In this document: positions 9,357 through 19,871 of the stretch, one piece after another
Position numbering within the stretch: the first letter of the stretch is position 1
Layout: each line of letters begins with the position of its first letter
From: a virus
IMG/VR virus record: IMGVR_UViG_3300035070_002905
Span: 64,001 to 128,000 of that record
Direction: 5' to 3' (one strand)
Length of the DNA stretch: 64,000 nucleotides
Made by a program: the position numbers and the translations under genes
Notes under the pieces: generated by a model
The model's database searches: none
What the model was told of the DNA's origin: nothing
The model's input: only the letters and a program-made list of their open reading frames with translations

Positions 9357-9856
9357 TAGATATACCTGATTCTCCACTGAAAGATTAACGAGAAGGCATC
9401 GGTCTTAGAGATAGATCGGAACGTCTTGATATTGAACATATCACCTGACTCCTTGAAGAGTGCAGTCTCACTGATCTCCTGTCCATTACCCTCATCCTGA
9501 CTTAGCGAGTATACGATCTGAATGTATACCTGAGTATCATCAGTAGGATCGCTAGGAGTAATCGTCACGTCTGTGTTGATACCCGTATTGATCGGAGCGT
9601 ATAGATCGTTGTTAGTAGGATCTGGTGCGATTGGACGTAAGCCCTCTGGATCTAGCACACCGCCGGTCCCTACCTTGAACGTATTCAGTAGATCGAACGG
9701 TGTAGTGTTATCATATAGGAATGCCAGGTGATGACGGCGGCTGGGCATGGTGATCGTATTGCGCTCTGTCAGCACATGCTCCTGATTACCGTCCTGGTAT
9801 TCCTTAAAGATTGTTAGCTCTCCGTATGCGCACGGGGCTGATTCTTCCAACCTCAT
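9356..9856 (-). CDS. Putative baseplate/tail-fibre attachment protein
   Basis: FKVGTGG, EGNGQEISETALF, KTF..ISK...W.I pattern typical of tail-associated proteins; position in module. Confidence 0.5.
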   Translation of the reverse strand: MRLEESAPCAYGELTIFKEYQDGNQEHVLTERNTITMPSRRHHLAFLYDNTTPFDLLNTFKVGTGGVLDPEGLRPIAPDPTNNDLYAPINTGINTDVTITPSDPTDDTQVYIQIVYSLSQDEGNGQEISETALFKESGDMFNIKTFRSISKTDAFSLIFQWRIRYI

Positions 9857-12054
9857 TGTAGTCTCCTTATTACATTAATTCGCTCAGCTACACCAGTATC
9901 AGTAGTAGGTACGCCACCACGATTCATGTACATAACTGGGTTGGCACCTCGTCCGAGTTCATCGTCTTCGAGGTAGTCATCGTATATCCCATCTGCTCTA
10001 CTACGGTCTAGTAGGAACCTTGCCTGATTCTCTTCCACCATTCCTCGAGTAATCTTAACGTCGGCGCCTGCGCCTACTGGATACTCGTATACGGCACGTA
10101 GATCGTCTGCGTCTTCTACCGGGAACATCGTAGGGACTTGCTTAGTAGCATCTACCAACCAGCCCACCGTCCAAGTATCGTCATCTACCCTCTGGAAGAA
10201 TAGCTTACCGTCAGACTCGATATCCGCCACTGAAGGTGCGTACATCTGGTATGCGTAAGGCGACCACTTAGGGTTTAATCCTACATTAGCGTACGGGAAG
10301 TTAAAGTCTCCCGAGAACTCTGCTAGGATGTTCTGTGTACGCGTTACGATGTTATCGTAGTGCTCGAACATATCGACGCTACGTAGGAAGTACTGGGCTC
10401 TACCGTTGATGTTAAAGCTTGGGTTCACATAACGTATTTTAGTTACTACCTCGTTAGCTGTCATCAGGTATAGCGGCACTACGTTCCTATCGTTGAACGT
10501 TACCGTATCTCCCAGAGGGAAAGTATCGGCAGATACGACTGTACGAGTTATACCAGATTGGATATCCGGTCTCGGGTTGCCATCTCCATCGAATCCCTGC
10601 GTATTGTAAGAGCGGTAACCCCTACTGATAACGCCACGGCTTGTCGGCTTATTAGTATCTCCACGTGAACCCATTAGAAGTCCAGTGTACGCCCCGTACT
10701 TATCTCCGATAGTCTGGAACTCTGGAGTCCACCCTGAATTTCCAGGCCAGTCACCGTAGCCGAGTAGAGTAGCAGTGTACTCAGAGCCTTGGAATCGGTT
10801 ATACCAATGCTTACCGCGCAGGAAGTAAGGTCGATACTCGGGATCGGTAGGGTCCTCGTAAGATGCTCCGCGGTCCATATAGCGAACGCTAGGAGGTGCA
10901 ATACAGGTATCATCTAAGTGAGACTGTGCGTCGTACTTAAAGTCGTCTACCAGGTTAACCGGCTCGTCTTCCAGTATCGCCTTCCATACGAAGATCGGAA
11001 AGGTATACGAAGGCTTGGCGTAGTTAACTAGTCGCTGTGCAGTCGTAAAGGCCTTAACGGTCTGGTCGGGCTGAGGCGTAATGATTACCTGGAACATATG
11101 GTGCTTTAGGAAGTCCTGCATCATACGGTCGCCTACAGATCCTGGAGAACAGCGCCCTACATCTCGTGAGGAGTATCCATTAAGAACTTCATTAGGCAGA
11201 TACACGTTGTACCACCATTCGCCGTTATCGTAGTAATCCTGTACTTCAATCCAAGAGGATAGTAGTTGGCCTTCCTGTAGAGTGTCGCCTACCGCTAGGT
11301 CTGGATACATACCGTAAGGAAGTAGGTAGCTCTGACTTGCGGTAAACACTAGATGGTTACGATTAGTCAAATCCTGAGTAATACTAAGGACTTCTTCCGT
11401 AGCACGCGCGTATGGCATTCCCATTGTAAGGTTAACGCCACGCTCGATGTTACTCTTATTAGGTCCATTGGCGTATAGATAGTAGACACCTTGAAGGAAT
11501 TGCTTGTAGTTGAATACAGAGTCTTCCTCATCGAATTCTACTAGGCGCCCGAAGCTGTTATTGATCCACTTATCGTCGACCTCTACGTCTGACATCCAGA
11601 TAGCGTATTGTGGAGTACCCGTCTCAGTGTACCGTACGGGGAACTTATATTCGCTAATCGGCTTGTTAAACTTGATCGTACTATTAGTAGTGTTGATCTC
11701 GTAATCTCTGCCATTATTAAGCGTCTGGGTTGGTAGTAGCGCTCGGTTCATCAAGCGCTCTGCAGACCAGGTACCGTCTACTAGGTTGAACTCGGTGAGA
11801 TCTAGAGGATCTACCGAGTCGCTATCGCTTAGTAGCAGTAATTTAATACGTGTATGGTAGCGCTTCTGGATGTCATCAAGGGAGATCCCCGCGCTACGCT
11901 GTAAGAAATTGCTGTACACCTCTGCCAGACTAATCGTCTCGGAGGCTAGGATACCTTCTACTAACTCAGAATCGCCAAATACGTTGGTCCAGAAGTCCGA
12001 AATGCCGTACATATAGACTAGGGAACCATCGCTAACATTTGGTGCTTCTATCAT
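9853..12054 (-). CDS. Putative baseplate wedge protein
   Basis: Follows the baseplate J-like gene; LVNYAKPSYT resembles the wedge KPAHT motif. Confidence 0.5.
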   Translation of the reverse strand: MIEAPNVSDGSLVYMYGISDFWTNVFGDSELVEGILASETISLAEVYSNFLQRSAGISLDDIQKRYHTRIKLLLLSDSDSVDPLDLTEFNLVDGTWSAERLMNRALLPTQTLNNGRDYEINTTNSTIKFNKPISEYKFPVRYTETGTPQYAIWMSDVEVDDKWINNSFGRLVEFDEEDSVFNYKQFLQGVYYLYANGPNKSNIERGVNLTMGMPYARATEEVLSITQDLTNRNHLVFTASQSYLLPYGMYPDLAVGDTLQEGQLLSSWIEVQDYYDNGEWWYNVYLPNEVLNGYSSRDVGRCSPGSVGDRMMQDFLKHHMFQVIITPQPDQTVKAFTTAQRLVNYAKPSYTFPIFVWKAILEDEPVNLVDDFKYDAQSHLDDTCIAPPSVRYMDRGASYEDPTDPEYRPYFLRGKHWYNRFQGSEYTATLLGYGDWPGNSGWTPEFQTIGDKYGAYTGLLMGSRGDTNKPTSRGVISRGYRSYNTQGFDGDGNPRPDIQSGITRTVVSADTFPLGDTVTFNDRNVVPLYLMTANEVVTKIRYVNPSFNINGRAQYFLRSVDMFEHYDNIVTRTQNILAEFSGDFNFPYANVGLNPKWSPYAYQMYAPSVADIESDGKLFFQRVDDDTWTVGWLVDATKQVPTMFPVEDADDLRAVYEYPVGAGADVKITRGMVEENQARFLLDRSRADGIYDDYLEDDELGRGANPVMYMNRGGVPTTDTGVAERINVIRRLQ

Positions 12055-13619
12055 TCGTTCGCTCCTATGGTCAGATTACGTAGGTAGAACTTCTCGGTCG
12101 GGATCGTATCATAAGTATCCACGATTGTAGTAGAGGAAGTAGTCAGATCTCTCGCTACCTTCTCTCCGGTTAAGTTCAGTGGAAGTACAAAGTCGGTTAC
12201 TCCAGAAGAGTAGATCGCTTGGATCACTTCGCTGGCGTATAGAGTACCTCCGTTAGGGATGCTCGCTATGTAAGTCTCTACCGCTGTACGAGTATCCGTA
12301 GTGTCAGTAGGCGGAGTACCGTGCGTAAGGATATTCACATCGATAAATACCGGTACGAACGCCCTTGCCAGGTAGTCTGCTGTAACTACTCGATTATCCT
12401 CGCCGTCAAGCCATGTCTGCACACCGCCTAGCCCTGAGAATACCTGTGCGTCCAGCGTAACCTTAGCGTTCGGCTGGCCTATAAAGCGAACCTGAGTGAT
12501 CTGCTTAGAGGATAGCCCCATATCTAACTCGCCTACCAGCGGAACGCCGTCCGTATAGGTAGTACTATTAGAGATCTGCGTAGTAAACGGTGTGTTTGCA
12601 GGGACATCGTCTGGATCTGATCCAGGAGGCGGTGCACTAGACTGCGTTATGCTAATTACCGGACCTTCTATGTTGATCAAGCCGGCTGCGTCAGTAGTAA
12701 ACTGGTTCGACTGGATAATCGGGTCTGTATCTACTAGGATATCTGTAAAGCCGCCACGATGGTAATCGATAAGATCGCCGTAGTTAGGGTGTAACGGGTC
12801 AATATTCTCAATCTTAATCAAATCGCGGTATAGGTAAGGACTTCCTAGCCCGAATACCTGCACGCTATTGATGTAGTTGAACTGATCGGTAATCAACGAG
12901 CGTATAGAACGGTCATTTATCAGGTTACGCGTAGAGATCGAATCGTATGAGCGGCCTACCATCTCGGTATTCGTCTCGGCAGCGATCGCCTGCTGCGAGT
13001 TATACAAGATCTCGCCCTGTAGGAAGTACGGAGAGAAGATCGTGAAGTATAATAGGTCGCCTTCGCTTAGGTTATACTCAGTAGTCTGTCCCTCGGACTG
13101 TAACGTGATGTCTACGTACCATAGATCCTGACTGTTATCATACTCGAAGTAGAACTGACCGGTAACTGGAGTAGTAACTGGCGGTAGTACTGTAGTATTC
13201 GCTCGTGGAGTGAAGTACAGAGTATCATCGGTAGAGAATCGAGCGGTAGCAGGTATCTGTACGGCCGTAGGAGTTCCCGTAGGAAAGCTAAAGTACAGTC
13301 GGCTAACTACCTGTGCGCTAGTGCCCGTCTTACGGGTGATGAAAAAGTTGCTCAGACGGCGATCTACGATATCTGCATCGGAAGCATCCGTGATATTGTT
13401 TAGATCAGACTCGTCGAAGTAGTAGGTGATAGCCTTCTGGATCGATGCCATCATTACTGCATTAGGTCGGACGATCATGTCTCTAATAGCAGTACCCTGT
13501 CTGAAGTCATACGTCGGGAACAGAGCTGATAGATACTGAGCTGCGAATACTTCCGCCTCTACAATATCGGCTCTCTCTACCGTTATGCCTTCTATAATTC
13601 CAAATAAGTTAGTAGCCAT
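12051..13619 (-). CDS. Baseplate J/gp6-like wedge protein
   Basis: GTAIRDMIVRP, NFFITRKTG, AETNTEMVGR patterns; follows the gp25-like gene. Confidence 0.65.
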   Translation of the reverse strand: MATNLFGIIEGITVERADIVEAEVFAAQYLSALFPTYDFRQGTAIRDMIVRPNAVMMASIQKAITYYFDESDLNNITDASDADIVDRRLSNFFITRKTGTSAQVVSRLYFSFPTGTPTAVQIPATARFSTDDTLYFTPRANTTVLPPVTTPVTGQFYFEYDNSQDLWYVDITLQSEGQTTEYNLSEGDLLYFTIFSPYFLQGEILYNSQQAIAAETNTEMVGRSYDSISTRNLINDRSIRSLITDQFNYINSVQVFGLGSPYLYRDLIKIENIDPLHPNYGDLIDYHRGGFTDILVDTDPIIQSNQFTTDAAGLINIEGPVISITQSSAPPPGSDPDDVPANTPFTTQISNSTTYTDGVPLVGELDMGLSSKQITQVRFIGQPNAKVTLDAQVFSGLGGVQTWLDGEDNRVVTADYLARAFVPVFIDVNILTHGTPPTDTTDTRTAVETYIASIPNGGTLYASEVIQAIYSSGVTDFVLPLNLTGEKVARDLTTSSTTIVDTYDTIPTEKFYLRNLTIGANE

Positions 13620-14116
13620 TATTCGTTCACCGTAATCCCTAAGCTAGTGAATGGAAGTGCGATAGGAGCCGATTCGCCTGCACGTGAGATTAGCTGGACG
13701 TTAATAGCTACGGAGTCATCTGTAGAGATGATACCTAGAACCTTCGCCGACTCTAACTGTGAGGTCGTTCCTGCAGAGCTGATATTGAGGATAGACTTAG
13801 TCTGAAGCTCTGCCTGCTTAATTGCACTCTCTATATCCGAACGAAGAATGTGTAGGTCCGACGTCTGGATATTTCGTTGTTGGTTAAAAGTAGAAAATGA
13901 CGTACCGCGTGTTCCGTGTATTACATCGGATCGGGGTGACGTCATGAGTACCTTCATAAATGTCTGTGCGATCTTCTGTATACCAGAGATACGCTTAGGG
14001 TTCCTACCGAACCCCAGATCGATTGCACCTTTAGGATAGCCTTCTGGGAAATCGAAAAAGAGGACGTCGTATGTAGACGTCCCGTCTAAGTTTGCTGTAT
14101 TACCTACGCGTGCCAT
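13619..14116 (-). CDS. gp25-like baseplate protein
   Basis: GIQKIAQTFMKVLMT...GT.F pattern, size and position. Confidence 0.55.
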   Translation of the reverse strand: MARVGNTANLDGTSTYDVLFFDFPEGYPKGAIDLGFGRNPKRISGIQKIAQTFMKVLMTSPRSDVIHGTRGTSFSTFNQQRNIQTSDLHILRSDIESAIKQAELQTKSILNISSAGTTSQLESAKVLGIISTDDSVAINVQLISRAGESAPIALPFTSLGITVNE

Positions 14117-14475
14117 TAGTTACCAGCCTCCTTCGCTTGTTGGAGCAGGTTATTAGACTGCCTGTTGTAGTTCCACTTAGCAATGTTGTCCGTCTCTTCC
14201 TGAAGGGCATCTGCGTAGTAGTCTCCACGGCCCATTAGGCGGATGGCGTACTCTGCTGTCTGCGCCAGGTTATCTCGATACCCTCTAATAAGTGCAGCCT
14301 CGGGCTGTCCAGGTCGATCACCAGATACGGATTGAACTACTGCTCTTACTGCAGTGAAATCATTCGGGTCTCTATCGTTGAACTCTTCTGGTACGTTGAG
14401 AGGATCTTCGAGGTATAGTCGTTTACTCTCTAGGTACACCAGGAATTCATCATACATACCAAGAAGATTATCCAT
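14116..14475 (-). CDS. Hypothetical protein
   Basis: Coupled ORF in the late operon. Confidence 0.65.
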   Translation of the reverse strand: MDNLLGMYDEFLVYLESKRLYLEDPLNVPEEFNDRDPNDFTAVRAVVQSVSGDRPGQPEAALIRGYRDNLAQTAEYAIRLMGRGDYYADALQEETDNIAKWNYNRQSNNLLQQAKEAGN

Positions 14476-15157
14476 CGTACTTCTCCAATAGGCTCTGAAC
14501 TTTATTTTTTAGCTTACGCTGAGTATAGTTCAACTTGTTGGTGTCCATACCGAACTGCTCGGTCATATCTGCCTGACTCATACCGGAAGTCTTACTATCG
14601 AAGAACTTCAATTCGTCGGGCTTCAGGTTTTCCTTAATGTAGTTCAGCTTGATAGTGTCATCAGAGAACTGACTGGCTACGCCTGCGACTTCCTGACGAG
14701 ACTCGTAGATATCCTGGAACAGGTTTTCCTTAAGATCCACTACCTCTTTAACCGTCCAGTTAAGGCGAGTAGCCAGTTCCTGATCGGTAGGTGCACGTAG
14801 AAGCTCAGACTCTAGATCGTCTAGCGCCTTCTTGTAGTGCTTGAACTTACCCTGCTGCTTATCTTCCGACATACGCACTACGTTCTGGTAGGTGTAGTTC
14901 AGACGACTCGCCTGGGCGATATGGTTGAATACGTGTGTTGAGAGCTTAGCACCTTTACTAGGATCATACGTCTCGATACCCGAGATGGCGTGCTTAGAGA
15001 TCTCTGCCTTAAGCGCTGCGTCGGGTAGCGAACCGGATAACTGTTGGTGCTTCTTATTGAGGACAGGCTGGAGAGCCATTAGAACCTTAGTGCGGTCCTT
15101 CATGTTACCAGTCTGTTGATATACTTGATACAGCTCGTCTTCTTTATACTGTGCCAT
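14468..15157 (-). CDS. Phage RNA polymerase sigma factor (sigma70 family, FliA/SigB-like)
   Basis: Region 2 AISGIETYDPSKGAKLSTHVFNHI, region 3 RAPTDQELATRLNWTVKEV, C-terminal HTH-like GMSQADMTEQFG. Confidence 0.8.
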   Translation of the reverse strand: MAQYKEDELYQVYQQTGNMKDRTKVLMALQPVLNKKHQQLSGSLPDAALKAEISKHAISGIETYDPSKGAKLSTHVFNHIAQASRLNYTYQNVVRMSEDKQQGKFKHYKKALDDLESELLRAPTDQELATRLNWTVKEVVDLKENLFQDIYESRQEVAGVASQFSDDTIKLNYIKENLKPDELKFFDSKTSGMSQADMTEQFGMDTNKLNYTQRKLKNKVQSLLEKYDG

Positions 15158-15420
15158 TAGACTTCTCCCGATAATACTTTCGATGTTACTACAGTGTACG
15201 CGTAGTTGAGCATGAACTGCTGGAAACTCTTGCTATACTGCCTGTTAATGAAGCAGTTACGTGCAGTAGAGTTCGGAGCGAGTTGCCCGGATACGCTATT
15301 AGGTACAATGAAGTAATTACGACGTTTCTCGTTGATGAGGTCACTTGACGACTTATTACTGTTGGTCGGAAATGAGAGGGACGGCGGGGAACCGCCCTCT
15401 GGATAACGTCTACCTTCCAT
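15157..15420 (-). CDS. Hypothetical protein
   Basis: AGGAG RBS before ATG 15420; stop coupled to the sigma start. Confidence 0.6.
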   Translation of the reverse strand: MEGRRYPEGGSPPSLSFPTNSNKSSSDLINEKRRNYFIVPNSVSGQLAPNSTARNCFINRQYSKSFQQFMLNYAYTVVTSKVLSGEV

Positions 15421-15430
15421 CTTGACTCCT

Positions 15431-17689
15431 TTAATATTCCAAGAATGGGCTTGATTCAGCATCAATACCTGCTGATACTATTTTACCGCCTTCTTGGGTC
15501 GTATCTTGGAGTCTGGTAGGGTTACGTACATACTCGACATCGGTTAGATCAGTAGAAATCCAATCGTCTATGTCGACATATCCGGTTTGTCCATCAGCAA
15601 TACGTTCTTGTTCGAGCTCGTAGAGTGAAGTGATGTTGCGTGCGACTAGCATCAGGCTGCCCTGTACCGTGTCGTAGAATGGTCCCTCTCCATCTGTAGT
15701 CCAATGACCGCCCGTATCTGCTGTACGGGTGAACGGAATCATTGTACCGGTAGTGTAGTCCTGTAATAGAGCCGGTTCGGCTGCCCCTACTCCTAGTACT
15801 TCTTGGTATACTTGACAGGCCTTTATGTAGCCCTTAGAGTTACCGTAGATACGCGGGTCTTCTGCCAGATCGAACGTAGCCATTAGGTATGGGTTGATCG
15901 CTGGTAGATTGAACTTAGCCAGTTCTGCTAGGGTCGATAGGCTGGTCATCCCGTATGTGGTAGATGACATACCATCTGCAGAGATATCATGTGTGATACT
16001 CGTACAGAAACCGTGGTAGCTATCTCGACTAGGTACAGGATCGACTACGTCCATCGGATATCCTACTACGGCGTACGGGTTAAATACTCCGGTAGCTGAA
16101 CCCTGACGAGACTTAGCGGTCTCCTGTGCAAACTCCTGGTCTGCGTATAGGAAGTTAAGGCGTTCGAAACTAGCGATCCCTGAGCTAGTCCCCAGTGGAT
16201 TGTAGTTAGGATTGCCTGGGTACATAGTGTTCCAAGCCTGTAGAGCTGCATTATACTCTGTACCGACTACCTCTGTGCCGCCGCCTTCAGTGTCCTTCTC
16301 TTCCAGGTAGCCACGCATTAGGTTGTACTTCATAGGTAGCTGCGTGACCTGAGCACGTATGCCCTGACCCCACTCGTACTTACCGACCTTGTTATTGTAA
16401 GAAGATCGTGAGCTGCCCAGGTTACCGCCTGCACCTCCGCCACGGGCGTACCGTACCGAGTGTGGGCTAGTATAAGTAATGCTTGGACCCATCTGACCCA
16501 TACCTGCCAGGCCTGCTGTAGGATTGGCTAGGTTGACGGTACGTGTAGGAGTCGCCGAGTACATACTCTGCATGTTAAACGAGTAGTACATGTTCGGGAG
16601 TAGCACGTTACATATCGGAGCGTAGTAGTATGGTAGGCGAGGCTTCGTGATATACTCGATGATAGAACCGTCTGCTCGGCTGACCGGGCTGTTCAGGGTA
16701 ATCATATCGTACTCGAGTAGATCTAGCATCATCGATACCAGTTGACCATAGCTTCCTATCTCGGGACTCGGCATGCCGGCCTGTAGAGATTGCAGTGCTG
16801 CTACCGATAGTTCTTTCTGTGCGGCCTCCCCTACGAACGTCTTATACGCTAGGGGGATCATAGTAGGCTTGTTGTCTACATCGGGATTGGCCTTAGCGTT
16901 CTCTTCCGGTCTGAAGTTGTACGTGCTAGTTGCAATGCCGTTCTCGATAGTCGGGTGGCCGGTCATTCGCTTCCAGAACTTGATACCGTCTTCTACCATC
17001 GGAGTGAATAGCTCCCTCATGGCTTCCGAGTCGTTAGAACCAACGTTCCTCTGTGCGTCTAGCTTCAGGATATTCCATAGTACGCGGATCATTCCCGGTG
17101 TACCCTGTAGGCGTAGTGCCTCGGCGGCGTCTGCTACATTCTGATGGCTGTCCGTGCCTGCCGTAGCGCTGATACCTTGTAGAGCTTTGATCATCGCCGT
17201 CTCGCGGCTGAACTCTGCAGTAGTCGTAGCGCCGGTAGCTGTAGGGTCGGTCTCGCTTAGAGCGCCCTGTACTAGCTGGCTAGAGTAGCGGATCAGGATA
17301 TCGCTCAGTACACGTGAGTGGTGAACGGCCTGTAGTGTAATCTGCTGCTGTGCTCCGTTAGAGCTGATAGACTTAGTATCGGATACTGCACCGATGATCC
17401 CAGAGAAGATCAGCTTATAGCCGTCCTGCTGGGTAGCTCGTGTAGCTCCCGAGATTACCTCATTAGGAGTAACGCCGTAGTTGTAGTCTCTAAAAAAGAT
17501 CTCTACCTTAGGCTGGTAGTTCCTACCGATCTCCTGCAGGCCTGCGAAAGGCGGCAGCGAGATGTCGGCGGTAGGGTTCTGCTGGTAAACGTTACTGATC
17601 CGAATATGGTTAAAGGGCACCTGAATGCCCTCTATGTATACCCGGTAGTCTTCGTACAGCATGTCTAATCCTGTTCGATTAAGTGACAC
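15431..17689 (-). CDS. Putative baseplate hub/tail protein
   Basis: 752 aa; C-terminal FNPYAVVGYP...GFCTSITHDIS beta pattern like gp27/gpD hubs; position after the tape measure. Confidence 0.5.
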   Translation of the reverse strand: MSLNRTGLDMLYEDYRVYIEGIQVPFNHIRISNVYQQNPTADISLPPFAGLQEIGRNYQPKVEIFFRDYNYGVTPNEVISGATRATQQDGYKLIFSGIIGAVSDTKSISSNGAQQQITLQAVHHSRVLSDILIRYSSQLVQGALSETDPTATGATTTAEFSRETAMIKALQGISATAGTDSHQNVADAAEALRLQGTPGMIRVLWNILKLDAQRNVGSNDSEAMRELFTPMVEDGIKFWKRMTGHPTIENGIATSTYNFRPEENAKANPDVDNKPTMIPLAYKTFVGEAAQKELSVAALQSLQAGMPSPEIGSYGQLVSMMLDLLEYDMITLNSPVSRADGSIIEYITKPRLPYYYAPICNVLLPNMYYSFNMQSMYSATPTRTVNLANPTAGLAGMGQMGPSITYTSPHSVRYARGGGAGGNLGSSRSSYNNKVGKYEWGQGIRAQVTQLPMKYNLMRGYLEEKDTEGGGTEVVGTEYNAALQAWNTMYPGNPNYNPLGTSSGIASFERLNFLYADQEFAQETAKSRQGSATGVFNPYAVVGYPMDVVDPVPSRDSYHGFCTSITHDISADGMSSTTYGMTSLSTLAELAKFNLPAINPYLMATFDLAEDPRIYGNSKGYIKACQVYQEVLGVGAAEPALLQDYTTGTMIPFTRTADTGGHWTTDGEGPFYDTVQGSLMLVARNITSLYELEQERIADGQTGYVDIDDWISTDLTDVEYVRNPTRLQDTTQEGGKIVSAGIDAESSPFLEY

Positions 17690-18353
17690 TTCCGTATACT
17701 CCGTAGTAAGCGATGATTGCTAGAGCACGCTCTAGTATATCCTCTATTGTGTACAAGTAGTCATTCTCATCGATGTTCTGTCGTAGACTCCTCAGTCGAG
17801 GTACCAGACGATCCATCTCTGCATGACTTGTTATTAGACTCCAGTTCTCCGGGATAGTCGGTAGGACCGGTACGCCTAGCTGCTCGTAGCCCAGCAAGGC
17901 TCCTGAGTATGTGCCGGCTAGATAGTTCATATATCCACGAGTATCACCGGTAAGCGCATAGCTAGATCCTACTGCAGGGTTTAGCGTTACACCTACTCGA
18001 GCTCCGTAGCCACGACCGCATAGACGACAGAAGCCGTTCTCGGTTAGGCAGTTACCGGTATCTCTAGTCCGTACGAAGTAGTTGCCTGCAGTCAGGCGTT
18101 CTACTAGATATGGATCATCTATTGGCGCGTTGGTGTCCAGTGCGATTAAGCCGAGTACCTCATAGTCCGTGTCGGGGATATCCATCCTGCGTCCTATAGT
18201 AGTCTCACAGTCAATCTCCGTGCACGGCATGGTAGGATTAAGTATCTTGTTAGCGAACGAACGTAGAATAGGATCCGTGTTAGGGATCGCATCTAGGTTG
18301 AACACGTTCTGTAGTAGTAGGGAGTTCGAATAGGAACGTACACCTAATGCCAT
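17679..18353 (-). CDS. Protein with RNA polymerase beta-prime-like Zn-binding module
   Basis: EIDCETTIG...VRTRDTGNCLTENGFCRLCG resembles RpoC DCGT..G...RS..TC....GVC..CYG; GGGAGG RBS before ATG 18353. Confidence 0.5.
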   Translation of the reverse strand: MALGVRSYSNSLLLQNVFNLDAIPNTDPILRSFANKILNPTMPCTEIDCETTIGRRMDIPDTDYEVLGLIALDTNAPIDDPYLVERLTAGNYFVRTRDTGNCLTENGFCRLCGRGYGARVGVTLNPAVGSSYALTGDTRGYMNYLAGTYSGALLGYEQLGVPVLPTIPENWSLITSHAEMDRLVPRLRSLRQNIDENDYLYTIEDILERALAIIAYYGVYGSVT

Positions 18354-18354
18354 A

Positions 18355-19671
18355 TTAGCCTCCCATCTTAATTGGTAGTGAAGGATCAAGCTCTGGCTCT
18401 TCCGTCTGAGGCGTAATGCCTAGCGATAGAGTGGCTCGTTGATTTACCACTAGTACTGCAGCTTCTCCTGTAGGAGTTCCTCGGGCAGCGCCCTTAGTTC
18501 CTCCGGCAGATAGCGATAGCATTGCAGGACCAGCATCTACATCAGGGCCTCCCGCTACATCTATTCGTCCACCTCCGCCTTCTCCGATAGAGCCTACCTT
18601 AGCGGACAGACTATCTGGGAAGTTACAGATCTTCGTAATAGCGTTATCGATATTGTTCGCCGCTCCATACACTGCACGGGTGGCCGACTCTATATTCCCG
18701 ATGATGTCATCGATGCCCGACTCGATTGCGTCTATGAAGCTCACTGCCTCGTTAGCGAATGCTGCTACCTGAGCGGCTAGATCGACTAGCGGTGCGGTGA
18801 AGTTACTGATGAAGTCGTTGATATCACCGAAGAAGTCCGTTACGTCCGAGGCCGAGAACCCGATTAGATCCTTAATGGTCGGCAGCGTAATGATCGACTT
18901 AGTATAATTACCGGTAGACAGGCCTGCAGTGACGTTAGCCGTGGGCGAGTCGTCGGGTAGAGGCACTAGGCTAGCCGTGTTGTTCGCAGTACGTGCAAAT
19001 ATGTCGGACGCCGTGATCGTAGGATCTCGCGTAGTAAGCGTAGTGTAGTTAATGTCACCCGAGCCGTCTGCATTTAGGAAGTACTCATCGGTAGAACGGA
19101 TGATGAACTCTCGTGCGATGAAGCTTGCAGTGAACCGTACGTCAGTATCTCGGTCTGCGCCCTGCTGTATCTGGATACTCAGGAAGGCACCGGTGAACTG
19201 TGCGTTGTTAATCGACATCTCTACGTACGAGTATTCCTGTGCAGCCTTACTACCGCGTAAGAAGTCTTTGTATAGCGAGAGGAACTGTGCGAACTGATCG
19301 TTGTCTAGGTCGTCTACTATGATACCGCTTAGGTTTACTACAATCGGTGCATGCCCGTAGAAGTATACGGCCTCTTTACCTCCGAAGGTATGTACAATCT
19401 GCTGTTTCTCTACGATGCCGTAATCGATGTTCTGTGCTATAAAGTTAATGTATCCAAGGCCGTCAGGGTTTAGTACATCCCACAGAGCATTCGACTGATA
19501 CTGCTGTTGGGTCTGACTGGCATTGGAGTGAAAGGTCGCCCATTCTTCATTCGGTACGTGGAAACGTAGAGAAGCCGCTGTACCGCGGCTCTCTTCTGCT
19601 ACCCTATATCGTGGACGTACAGTCTGGAGACGTTCTCCATTCTGATTAATACGACTTGGTAATTCAGCCAT
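18355..19671 (-). CDS. Putative tail tube initiator/baseplate protein
   Basis: Downstream of the tape measure; tube-like N-terminal beta region then helical region. Confidence 0.4.
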   Translation of the reverse strand: MAELPSRINQNGERLQTVRPRYRVAEESRGTAASLRFHVPNEEWATFHSNASQTQQQYQSNALWDVLNPDGLGYINFIAQNIDYGIVEKQQIVHTFGGKEAVYFYGHAPIVVNLSGIIVDDLDNDQFAQFLSLYKDFLRGSKAAQEYSYVEMSINNAQFTGAFLSIQIQQGADRDTDVRFTASFIAREFIIRSTDEYFLNADGSGDINYTTLTTRDPTITASDIFARTANNTASLVPLPDDSPTANVTAGLSTGNYTKSIITLPTIKDLIGFSASDVTDFFGDINDFISNFTAPLVDLAAQVAAFANEAVSFIDAIESGIDDIIGNIESATRAVYGAANNIDNAITKICNFPDSLSAKVGSIGEGGGGRIDVAGGPDVDAGPAMLSLSAGGTKGAARGTPTGEAAVLVVNQRATLSLGITPQTEEPELDPSLPIKMGG

Positions 19672-19673
19672 TG

Positions 19674-19871
19674 TTACTCCCTTACGGTGGTCTGACGCAT
19701 AACGTTACGTTGTTCCAGTAGTTCCTTCTGTCCGAAGACTCCGCCTAGCTGTGTAGGCATGAACTGCTTCTCGGAATCCGTAGCTAGATGCCTTAGACGC
19801 CCTATTGTAGATTCCACATGAACCTTAAAGATTTCAGTGGATGTCATATTAACTAGTTTAATGCTGGCCAT
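19674..19871 (-). CDS. Hypothetical protein
   Basis: TAATG coupling with the tape measure stop. Confidence 0.55.
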   Translation of the reverse strand: MASIKLVNMTSTEIFKVHVESTIGRLRHLATDSEKQFMPTQLGGVFGQKELLEQRNVMRQTTVRE

